Shown here: positions 1 through 10,300 of the stretch, in pieces
How the letters are laid out: the number at the start of each line of letters is the position of its first letter
Numbering within the stretch: position 1 is the first letter of the stretch
NCBI GenBank assembly: GCA_000004985.1
Contig: GG738851.1
Source of the DNA: Naegleria gruberi
Taxonomy: Eukaryota
DNA length: 64,000 bases
Strand: one strand, 5' to 3'
Program-made: the position numbers and the translations under genes
Notes under the pieces: generated by a model
Told to the model about the DNA's origin: nothing
The model's input: only the letters and a program-made list of their open reading frames with translations
The model's database searches: none

Positions 1-1176
1 GACATGGTGCTCTGTTTCTTCTCAGCTTTTTCAATTTCCTTCTCTGGAATACTCTCTTTCGTATATTTTGCTGTTGTTTCAACAAGTTCTTTTCCTTTCG
101 AATTCTCCTTACTTGTTTCTCCGTGTTGCTGATGATTTCCACCATGAATAAACATTGGCGACTCTGGAATCACAAACAAGACAATGAAAAACAATGGAAT
201 GACAAATAAATTATCAAATGCATGAACAGCACGCCACATTTCACTCGAACGAACGAAAATTGCACCAAAAACGTAACCAGCTGTCGTTCCAAGTGAAATG
301 CCCATATTAAACATGGCTCCGAGGACACCCTGATACTTGGCGTATGGCATTAGCTCTGCACAATAAACTGAACAAACAGCGGTGGCTACAGAACATACAA
401 ATTCTAAACATTTCCATTTTAAATATTGGAAACTTACCTATTCCAGCACCAAAACCCAGAATACACCTGAACACAATTAAAGATGCCCAAGTAAAAGATG
501 CAGCTCCTCCAACACTACCAATCACTGAAATGATGCAACACAAGAGAATGGAAATCTTTCGTCCAAGAAGTGGACCTGAAGCCATTGCAAACATACAACC
601 AAATAAACCACCAATGAAGATAGAGGCTGAATAAAGACCTTGCATGATACTAGTTCCCAAATCGAATGTTGTTGTTGCATTGGTTGTCGAATTGGATGTT
701 GTTGCATTACTAGCAGTAGCAGTGAAAGCCATAAAGTTGGAAAATTGCAAATTTTTAGAATTTTTAAAGCAATTTTGCAACTTTTTGATTTTTTCCAATT
801 GCAAATTTTCCACAAGTTTTAAAGATTTGCTTCCTGTGGAAAAGATACAATGCAAATTTTCGATATTTTGAGTGGGAAAGAGAGGCTCGATAGCATTATT
901 AAACCAGTGTTCTTTTGGTGAATTGATTCCATATGAAAATGTGTCATAAAATTGACTTGTTGTTGTCTGATTATTGACAACTGAACTATTGGAATTTGAT
1001 GAAGGAAAGAATGCTGTGATGGCACTTCCAAGTCCTCCTCCAATTGTTCCCAAAGCATATCCGAAGACTAAACCTCCCAACAAATTGGTAATTATTAAAA
1101 ATATTGCTAGGAATACTTTTTTTGATTTGCTACATTCGAATAGAAAAGAAAAACATGGATTATGTGAAAATTCCAA
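1..1176 (-). CDS. MFS sugar (hexose) transporter-like protein. Partial: its 3' part runs off the window start. Multi-exon.
   Basis: ORF 307..1176 begins with a hydrophobic TM1 followed by the sugar-porter motif GGLVFGYALGTIGG. An N-glycosylated loop follows (NATTSNSTTNATT), then ...RKISILLCCIISVIGS..FRCILGFGAGIG. After an apparent GTAAGT intron, the minus-strand translation of 1..300 reads ...PYAKYQGVLGAMFNMGISLG...PESPMFI..., the sugar-transporter PESPR-like motif. The frame stays open to position 1, so the gene is incomplete. Exact exon boundaries and the start codon are not resolved. Confidence 0.6.
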
Positions 1177-1499
1177 AAGATCAGATTTTAATCATGAGAT
1201 TGAAAAAAAAAAACTTACATGTAATTTTCATATTTTTCAATGTATGAAAGTTTGTAGAATTGTTTGATAGGGTTTTGCATTTGTTTTTTATCTTTCGAAT
1301 AATAATTAAATACGAAACCTCGTGAAACGCTCAAGTATGTTGACAGGGACGTTATCAACCTTCCACATTTGCAATTTCCCCTTTCGAATAATAAGACAAA
1401 GCTATCATGAAATTGCCCCTTCGGACATGCAATTACCCATAAGCTCCTATGAACATTGTTTCAACAGTGGCACAATCGAGGTTTGTTGGTTTATTGTAA

Positions 1500-2663
1500 T
1501 CAACACAACATTGCCGGCTGCAACATTCGAATAGTTGTGTGTGGTGCAGTTGAAACTGTATTCGAAACTGTTGAAGAATCCTTGTTTCTCCCAACACTGT
1601 GATTCACCACTGTTGAACCAACACAAACCAGATGTTTCACCCTCGCCGATAACATCTTCATCTCTTCATATCCAATTTTACAGTAAGAAAGGTTTAAATT
1701 GATTAATTTGTTTAGGTGGAAACTTTCAGCAATGAATTGTGAGCTTTCTGGACCTAATTTACAAAAGGTCAGGTTTAAATTGGTCAGATTGGAAAGGTAG
1801 GGACTAGAAGATAATTGTTTTGTACCATTATCAGTAATTTCACAATGAGAAAGGTCTAGGTGAATTATATTCGAAAGGTTTCGGCTATTGGACAAGGATT
1901 TGATTCCTTCAAGACCAACTTGGGAGAAAGTTAGATCGAGATGAGTTAGTTGTGTAATGAATTGACTTTGGGAAAGTTGTTTGGCGCCTTCATCTCCTAC
2001 CAAACAGTTTCGTAAATTGAGAGAAAGTAGACGAAAGAAATTTGGAGATGAAGATAAATGATAGAGAGCTTCAGGAGTAAGAGAACAATCGCATAGATCC
2101 AATACTTTCAGATGGGAAAAGTTTGTTGATTGGCAAAGTAATTTGACTCCATCTACACCTATCAAACAACCAGAAAGAATTAGAGACGAAAGTAAACGAA
2201 TGTTTGGACTATCTGCAAGAATTTTGATTTCTTGAGAGGTTACTCTGCATCGAGTTAAATTCAAGTGTTGAAGAGATTTCATTGATGGAGAGGATGAAAT
2301 TAATTCCAAGGAGTTTCCAATAATTGGGACGAAACTGAAATCTAACCTTTGTATACGAAGACAAGTATCAAATCTTTCACTTTTCAAAGTTTCCTCGAAT
2401 ATACTTGCTGCTCTCCTTGTTTTCACTCTAATAGAGAATGGTACTTTCCAACAAGATTCGTACCATTGTTTCGAAATTAAACTACACTTTCCAATAATTA
2501 TTTCAGATGGAATATACTTCAATATTTCAATAATAATTTCATCAGGAATATCAATCAAAACCTGATAATTCCTCTGATAGCTCTTTGTTTGTTGTTGATC
2601 AACAACATGTTTCGAATAACATTGATCCATTTCGTATGATGTTTTCTTTACCAAGTGCATCAA
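1500..2663 (-). CDS. F-box / leucine-rich-repeat protein
   Basis: ATG at 2663 (MMHLVK). N-terminal F-box-like segment IIIEILKYIPSEIIIGKCSLISKQWYE. Repeated LRR units of the cysteine-containing LRR type (LDLSHCEITDNGTKQL, LNLTFCKLGPES, LDLCDCSLTPEAL). Single long ORF. Confidence 0.6.
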   Translation of the reverse strand: MMHLVKKTSYEMDQCYSKHVVDQQQTKSYQRNYQVLIDIPDEIIIEILKYIPSEIIIGKCSLISKQWYESCWKVPFSIRVKTRRAASIFEETLKSERFDTCLRIQRLDFSFVPIIGNSLELISSSPSMKSLQHLNLTRCRVTSQEIKILADSPNIRLLSSLILSGCLIGVDGVKLLCQSTNFSHLKVLDLCDCSLTPEALYHLSSSPNFFRLLSLNLRNCLVGDEGAKQLSQSQFITQLTHLDLTFSQVGLEGIKSLSNSRNLSNIIHLDLSHCEITDNGTKQLSSSPYLSNLTNLNLTFCKLGPESSQFIAESFHLNKLINLNLSYCKIGYEEMKMLSARVKHLVCVGSTVVNHSVGRNKDSSTVSNTVSTAPHTTIRMLQPAMLC

Positions 2664-2982
2664 TCACTTGCCGAACAACAAAACAACATAGAATTTGCTG
2701 CCTCCTTAAAAACATTCAGGCTCCAAACTTTGCGTGTCAGTGAAAAGTCCAACCATTCAAAGTTCATTTGGGTGTAAAACAGAAAAGGAAAGAATTTAGA
2801 TGCGTTTGACTAAATCATGTCGCATATCGGTTATTGATGATAATGAAATATGAAAGTGAGGCTTTGGAGTATGAAGAAAACAAATAGTAAACAAAAAAAC
2901 AAGTAATTCACAAAAACAATGAACAAGGATTAAAGGATATACAATTCAGAAATTAATTATTTGGATAAAGGCAGGATTTGCA

Positions 2983-2986
2983 AAAG
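2983..2986 (-). terminator. Pol III T-run (TTTT) immediately 3' of tRNA-Val
   Basis: Plus-strand aaaa at 2983-2986 is TTTT on the minus strand, directly after the discriminator base. Confidence 0.5.
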
Positions 2987-2988
2987 GT

Positions 2989-3062
2989 TACAGCGAGCGG
3001 GGCTTGAACCCGCGACCTTAAGCGTGTTAGGCTTACGATCTAACCAACTGATCTATCGCTGC
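2989..3062 (-). tRNA. tRNA-Val (anticodon AAC)
   Basis: Reverse complement reads GCAGCGA-TA-GATC-AGTTGGTTA-GATC-G-TAAGC-CTAACAC-GCTTA-AGGTC-GCGGG-TTCAAGC-CCCGC-TCGCTGT-A. This gives a cloverleaf with a 7-bp acceptor stem (G1-U72 wobble), a D-arm, an anticodon stem TAAGC/GCTTA with loop CUAACAC (anticodon AAC), and T-arm GCGGG/CCCGC with loop TTCAAGC. No intron. Confidence 0.9.
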
Positions 3063-3748
3063 TTCACACTTTATTTCTGTAATAAATATAATTTTCATGT
3101 TCATATCTTTGGAACTTAATTTAAGAAAAAGAGTATTTTAAAATATATGTTGGAAAGATTGCTACTGTACCTTACTCAACAAATAAAGACATGTAATTTG
3201 ATATAAGTTTACCAGATACGTTTTATCACACTATTATACATCTTGGATCAATTTCACTGTTAGAATAGAATTCAATATGATCATCATAGCATCTGTCAAA
3301 TTGTCACAATTCAATAAAACGATTACACTCCATCTCAGTCAATTTACAAAATACCATACTAGTAATACACTCCCCTTGATGAGGAGAACGGTCTGAGAAA
3401 GTTTCTAATTGACAGCTCAGTATCTTCAAGTCAACTAAGTAACCTTAGAATAGACAAGTCAATTAAATACATAAAGTCAACAATTTAAAATTGAAAAATA
3501 GTACATATTGAACTCTTCTCTGTGTTGCTCTGTTGAACCACTAATTCTCTTTCCAAATAATTTCCAAACGAATATTTAATTTTGAATTTGATGATCATGT
3601 AGTTTCCGTTCTTTCTACTATTCAGAATAACAATTATTAAGGGGCGAATAAAAATATTTTTGAATAACAAGGGGCGTCTACAAACCGTAAATAATATCGC
3701 TGTAAACTCACTGTACTCGATTTCTTTATTATTTCATTCTTTTCTTAT

Positions 3749-6523
3749 TTGGCCCTGTATATATATCATGGATTTATGAATTTATTTGTTCTCACTATTA
3801 CTATTACGACAATAGACTTTTATCTGCTTAAAAAAATGAATGAACATGCAATTCTCACCACTCGTCTCGCCAACGCTCCCTACAAAATCTTCGACTGGGA
3901 TCAAGAAGAGCCTCCTCTCTCTCATGAAAAAGTCATTGAAAACCACTACACTGCTGATGAGATTATTGATGAAGGTATTTCTCCAAATGAATATGGAAGG
4001 GCAAAGTTTATTTCCGAAGCCTTGATGATTGAAAATAGTGGTGTAACAAGACCACCAACAAGTCATGAAGATGATGAACCAAAGTTTTGGAGGAGAAAGG
4101 ATTTGTTGATTCCTGGAAAATCAATTCAAATTTCTTCAAAGATTACGACGGTGCAATTGTTGAACGAGGAAGAGCCTATTGAAGAAAGTGATGATGATTA
4201 TGAGGAAGATGGTTTTGAAACAATGGTCAATCAAGATCGTTGTATTTATATTGGAAGCATACTGTCCGAAACAGAATGTAGTGATTTGATTGATTCCACA
4301 TCAAGATTGGGATATGAGAAAATTGATAAGGAATATCCAAAGGAATATCTTAATAATGAGAGAGTTTTGGTCAAGAGTAAGAAACTTGCAGATATAATTT
4401 GGTCTCGAATTGTTCCATTCTTGAAAAAGTCTGATATTGATGGTGTGAAACCTTATGGTTTTGATAATGATGGTTGTTGGGTTCCTTGTGGAATTAATGA
4501 AGTTTTAAGATTCAACAAGTATAGTCGTGGAAGTTTCTTTAAACCTCACACTGATGCTCAATTCGTTAGAAATGATAATGAAAAATCAATCTTTACAGTG
4601 TTGATCTATTTGAGCTCCTTTTCTTCAACTACAACCTTTTTCCAAAAGGTTGGAGAGAAGATTGAGGATAATAATATTTCTTTTGATTTCAAACAGTTGG
4701 CGTGCATCGACTCAAAAGAAGGAAGTGTTGGTAAGTTGAACAGATTATTGCTAAATAATAATTTAAAGCCATATTTAACCATAATCTCTATCATGCCGGC
4801 GAAAAAATGGCTTATGGATCAAAGTATGTTGTGAGAAGCGAAATTATCTTCAAGAGAATTGATAAGGATAGTATTTATAGTATGGATTATAGAAATAGTG
4901 AAGAATTCAAACGGGTAAAGAAACTCATTGATGATAGCTACGAGTTGGAACGTCAAGGTAATTTAACCCAATCCACCATCAAATATGTCCAAGCTATGGA
5001 CTTGTCCCACTCCATTCAAAAAAAATCAAATAGAAAATTGAGTTTTATTGAAGAAAATCTTCCTGAAGAGATATTCGTTCACATATTTAACTATTTAACA
5101 GATGAAGAGGTCTGTAAAAGTGTCATTCCTATCAATTCTGAAATTAATTCAATTGCTAGATATGAAAACATGTGGGAACAAAGATTTTCTAATAAGTGGG
5201 GATCTAACACATTGGAAAAGTCAATCCTTGATAGAGCTATTAGCGTTAAATACGGTGAAAATTATGAACCTACCAATGAAGAGAAGATTGTATTTCATAG
5301 TAAGGAAAATGAAATTATCAATCTTCTTCAAAAAGATTGGTATAATGCATTTTCAGCCAGATCAAATATGGAAAAATCTTTCAATGCTGTACTTTTAGAT
5401 CTTGGACAACATACTTACAAGTATGGATTAGCAAGTAATAATACATATTGGAGATCAATGACAGCTGTCGGTGAACCTAATCATCCTGACTTTTATTTAC
5501 CATCCTATGGATTTGACGACGTTCTAACAGGGGATAGATTTTTTAACGCTCAATACCATTGTGGATTGAAACCGTTCTTTAACTCTAAAGGAGTACCCAA
5601 GAAGAAGTTGTTCAAAATATTCCTTTATCAGCTCTATAAGGAAGATTTAAGAGTTAAATTACAAGAACATCCTCTTCTCATGGCTGTTCCTCCTCACTGG
5701 GATAAAGAATATTTGAAAAAGGTAGAACAGGTTGTGGTAAGTTTTCTATATTGAAAATTATATTTAAATTCATTGATAGTTTTCTTTAGGTATTCCAGCA
5801 GTTCACTTTGTAAACTCGTTCAAGTTACTTGCATTGTATTATCAAAAACCAACATCCTTAATTCTTAGTGCAACACCATATGGATCGACATGTGTACCAG
5901 TTGTAGATTGTGAGGTTAAGACTGCATGTATGGATATGAATGTGTTTAACATGTACGAGAAGAATAGGAATATGAATAAGGATATGAAATATTTTGAAAT
6001 GACTTTCTGGGCGAAGGTATCAGAATTTTTGAAAATTGCCCCTTGCAGTCCTAGCCAAGATCAACAAGAATTCAATGAATTTGCACAAAACGTTGAACCT
6101 TTCGAATGGATTCCACACCACATGGTTTCACCAGCCAATCAAAGAGCCAATATTTCGGAATTTTTCTATTCTCATGTATGGGAAAATGTACAAAAATCAA
6201 TTACCTTAATTCGTAATCATCAATCTCTTTCCAATATCGAAAAAGAGCTAATGCTAAACAATATTGTAATAGTTGGTGGATTCTCAGCATTGACAGGATT
6301 TAGAGAAAGAATCAAGAAGGACATTTTGGAATATCTTGGAAATGAATACTCTCCATCATTTACTTTTAGAGAGCATAAGGTTGATTATTCTGTCAGAAAA
6401 ATAGGTAACAAGGTCAGCATTGTTGGACAAGATATGGACGTAGTTGGAGGAGCTAGAATTGTTTCCAATCTCTCAAACTTTAGAGAAATTTGTAGTTACA
6501 AGCAAGTAGATAACAAGTGTTAA
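3749..6523 (+). CDS. Multi-domain protein read as one frame: P4H-like 2OG-Fe(II) oxygenase domain, then F-box, then a complete actin-related (Arp) domain. Model: join(3749..4730, 4769..~5740, ~5790..6523).
   Basis: Exon 1 (3749..4730) carries a P4Hc-like motif (FFKPHTDAQF ... TVLIYL). A GTAAGT donor at 4731 and an AG acceptor at 4767-4768 define a 38-nt intron and join in frame to 4769. The spliced product (...GSVAIFNHNLYHAGEKMAYGSKYVVRSEIIFKR) aligns to the C-terminal His-His / KYVLRTDI region of the paralogous P4H-like gene at 37597..38364 (RVLLFVHRLLHEAEPVGEPWQFKYVLRTDIMYRR). This supports the splice and makes the ATG at 4807 an internal Met. The frame then runs on without a stop through an F-box (LPEEIFVHIFNYLTDEEVCKSVIPINSEINSIARYENMWEQRF) and an actin fold: DLGQHTYKYGLA...EHPLLMAVPPHWDKEYLKKVEQ, a second short intron near 5737-5790, then IPAVHFVNSFKLLALYYQKPTSLILSATPYGSTCVPVVDCE ... 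NIVIVGGFSALTGFRERIKKDILEYL. The strongest donor of intron 2 (GTAAGT at 5737) is one base out of phase with the nearest acceptors; the weaker GTTTTC donor at 5741 with the AG at 5788-5789 restores frame. An alternative model of two adjacent genes (3749..4834 and 4807..6523) cannot be excluded without transcript data. Confidence 0.45.
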
Positions 6524-6580
6524 CTAGCCAACCAGTAATTGATATTACATTTACATTTGATAGAAATGGAAAATCATTAT

Positions 6581-6622
6581 CTGATGTGGCTCAACGTCTG
6601 AGGGATGAGGTGTAGTAGTCAA
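6581..6622 (-). pseudogene. 5S rRNA-like relic (internally deleted fragment)
   Basis: The segment ctgatgtggctcaacgtctgagggatgaggtgtagtagtc matches two blocks of the minus-orientation 5S copies (ctgatgtggctcgacg ... gggatgaggtgcat). The ~25 nt between them are missing, and the flanks do not continue the 5S sequence. Confidence 0.3.
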
Positions 6623-7342
6623 CTGTGTAAACATATCTTATATATATTTTGTAAACACTTAATTCCATACTCGAATATTCCCTCAATAACTTGCCATTTC
6701 TTTCCTTCACCATGTGGACATGTAAATTCCAATAATGTGTCATCTACTGCATACTGAATATCCCCTTTTTTTATTCGAAACGTGAATAGGAATTTTGTGC
6801 TTACTCGCTGATTAAAAGTGCACTATTTGTCAGAAGCAGATAATTTTAGCTTATCTGTGAAGCACGTACAAATCAAGTGTGACAACTCTATTAATTGAGA
6901 AAGTTGAAACAGTGGCAGCAAACAAAACAAAATGTCAAGCGAAATCATAGCAACCAATAGCAAGAGCAGTATTCTTATTACTGGATTACAATATTACAGG
7001 ACCTCAATCTTTAAATTATGATCAAGTAGCTGAGATTATTTAGAAAGTTATTGGAAGACAAATTACTTGGGCTAGAATTGATGAAATTGACATTGGCTGG
7101 TGAGATTATTCCAATTTTATAAATTGAATGGAATGTCTGCTAATGTACATGCAGATTTTGACACTAGAAACCGAGATCTTTGGAACAATTCATTCAAGAA
7201 AATAAACATCATTTTGAATAATATGGAACAAACATGGATCTAAAATTTGATCCTCCAGATCTTCATTAATTTGAAAAAGACTTTTCAGCATCTTTAGATG
7301 ATGGTCTTATTGGTAATTGTGTCAGTATTTAACCGGTGAGAT

Positions 7343-10300
7343 TTAAATTTCCAGTTTGGCTTGTTTGAGTAGATTTTCCTTGTAATTTACAATTTCTTGA
7401 TAGGTCTTGAATTGTTGTGTAAAAATGAATCTAGAAAGAGTATCGCTCAGATTGAAACGAATTTGATTTTGAAGAGATTCTATTGATTCTGTGATTGATT
7501 CTTTCAAACCTTGTGGGAAGTTCATTGTCTTTTTACTTCCCATATTTTCTGCACTTTCTAATTCAACATTCAAATTATCTACAGAATCTAATCTCTTGAC
7601 TAGAGATGCGAATAATTTAGAGCAATCTGATGAAATATTAACTTCTTTCAAGGCTCCCATCTGAATATAAGTAACATAAATATGATTAATGACAGTTTTG
7701 ACTTGTTGGAAATCATTCAAACTTTCAAGAATGTTTTGGTTATTTCTGAGTTCCAAATATAATTGTAAATTTTCGAGTGAATATTCTTTTTCACAGAACC
7801 ATTCAAATAATTTCAAACCTTCACTATGCTCAATGAGCTTTCTAATATCGTCATCATCATCCTGTTTCTCCAATTGTTTTTTCTTGAATTTTTGAATGAT
7901 TAGAATAACCAAAGAGTAACCACCAAACACAAACAAATAACTAAACATGTACAAAATGTCAAACAGTAATGAGATGGAATCATTCAAGAGCAACATCTTT
8001 AGGGAATTTTCTTTTCTGAATGACAATCCTGACAGGCCAATGATTTGTGAGATTACCAAACACGTAAAACACATTACAAATAGACACATTTCAGCTCTAA
8101 AGTAAAGTGGTGAATCCAACCTTGTAAAAGCTTCACGAATTCCATATAGTGGCATTCTTAGAGCTTTTTTAGTTGCTGTGAAATTTTCAAATTTTTCTAA
8201 ACTCTTGCCAGTTATTAAATCATTTAAGGAAAAGTTGAGATTTGTTTTTTCATTATTCTCCTGACCTTGTTGTATAATTTCTCTTTCTTTTCTCTTTGAT
8301 ACGCATGTCATTATTAATTCTAATCCAATAATGCAACAAGTGATGAATCCTAATAAGAGAATGGAGCAGGTAAAGGAGATAGAAACAATATGAGTATAGG
8401 TCAAGCTTGTAATAACCCCAACACGAATAAGAATTACCCATAATACCCAATAAATCACATTCAGTGAAATGAAAAGACACATGAGTATTAGCATTACTCT
8501 TGTTGAAAGGAATAATTTTGTCAACTTGAGAATAGTTTCACCCTTTGGCTCTTTAGAATGGAACATAATATATATTTGATGATAAAAGTATTTCAGTACT
8601 TGGAATCTCACAACTTGATATAAATATGAAAAAAAAGCCGTTAGTGTCATTGTGTTTACAATAATTGTAAAAATATTGGAAATAATATTAGCAACCAAAT
8701 CACCATTCTGTAATTGAATAACTGTTGATTGACTTTGTTCAAAATCCTGCTGATTGCCAATAACACTATTGGCATAGCCCAGTAAAATTCCTCTCTGAGT
8801 GATTAACAGCATTGAACATTCAATAATGAGAGCTGTTATTCCAATATAAGGCGTAATAAATCTACTTCTTACTAGAATTGATTTTCTAAAGGTAACCAAA
8901 AGTGTAAGTATTGTAAGTGAAAGAAGCAAGAATAAACTACCAAATGAAATTTGGGCAATGTAGAGAGAGGAAATTTGCCTGAGATATTCAGTAGATGATG
9001 GGGTTTCTTGTTCAATAAATGCTGCAAAGAGAGTAGCATGATTACATTGGCAGATTAACTGATTAGTTTTGTTGTTAAAACTGAAAATTGAACATCCGTG
9101 GCTTTCCCATCTTTGGTTTGTTTCGTTCCAAAATTGACAACTTAATAACGAAGAATTCGAAATGGAAGAGTTAGTATCTATAGTGAATGTGATGTAAATA
9201 GGATCTCTTAGGTCGGATAAAGAGATTTGTGAACCAGATTTGTACATTGTAAATTCTTTTGATTTGGTTAATTGTGTGGAATTTCCATTGATATATAAAT
9301 TTTCATCAAATGTAATAAGAGACAAACCAATTTCGGAATAATAACCATCATATTTCGAAAGTATATAATCTGTAGCAAAGGAAACATCATTATATATTTG
9401 AGAAATGGTTCCAGTGTTAGATGTTTTGAAAAAGCTTGTAGTTGTTATGTTGATTAGATGTGAAATATAGGAATTAGGCACCATTGAATCTGAATAAACC
9501 TTTGCGTTTTGCTGACTGAGGATAATGGAAGATAATTGATTGCAGATATTCGATATATTAACGTATCCATTCAGCAAAATATTGCTCGTAGTTGATAATG
9601 TATTGAAAAGGTCAGTATCGGACATTCTTTGCTTGGATATAAACCCATTTGAATTCTTTTCAATTCTAACTTGTTCATATACTTTGGACAAGTACTCGTC
9701 TAATTTAGAACTCACTATGTAAGCTGATTTTGTTTCCAAGGAACTTGATGTTAATTGATTAATGACAGAAAGTGTCAAAGAAGGATTTTCGAATTGAATG
9801 TTAATGCTTCTAATGGATTCGTAAAGAATATCTGTATTTTGATTTGCTGATTGATCATATGGTACAATATTGGCCAAAACATTGTTAAGCCTAATTCTCA
9901 AAATCAAATCGTTCAAATCCTCAGAGTTTGGGATCACTTTCACAGAGCCAATAAATTCAGGATATTCATTAAAGAGACTATCTCTACAAATGACATATAA
10001 ATTAATTGAACTAAATGACATGTCATTTGTTCGATTATTTTGAATGAAAGGAAGATAGGTGGTGAGAGAGCTATTAGTGGAAAACTCACTCAGTCTAATC
10101 AAACTGTTCTCTCCAAATGAGTTTATGAACTCGAAACCGAAAGAGAACTCAAGATTGCCAAGAATGGGATCTGGTACTATCCAATTATTTAAATCTTCTT
10201 GAATTGTGAAAAGTGATGAAAGAGCCATACCTGATTGAGGTAAAATGGTGGCATTCGAATGGATTCTTTGGGGTGGTGAAATTAAAGGAAAACTCTCAAC

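Noticed and set aside
344-1267. Plus-strand ORFs 344..634, 640..871 and 974..1267 over the transporter gene
   Set aside because: They are antisense or intronic relative to the MFS transporter, whose motifs are unambiguous on the minus strand.
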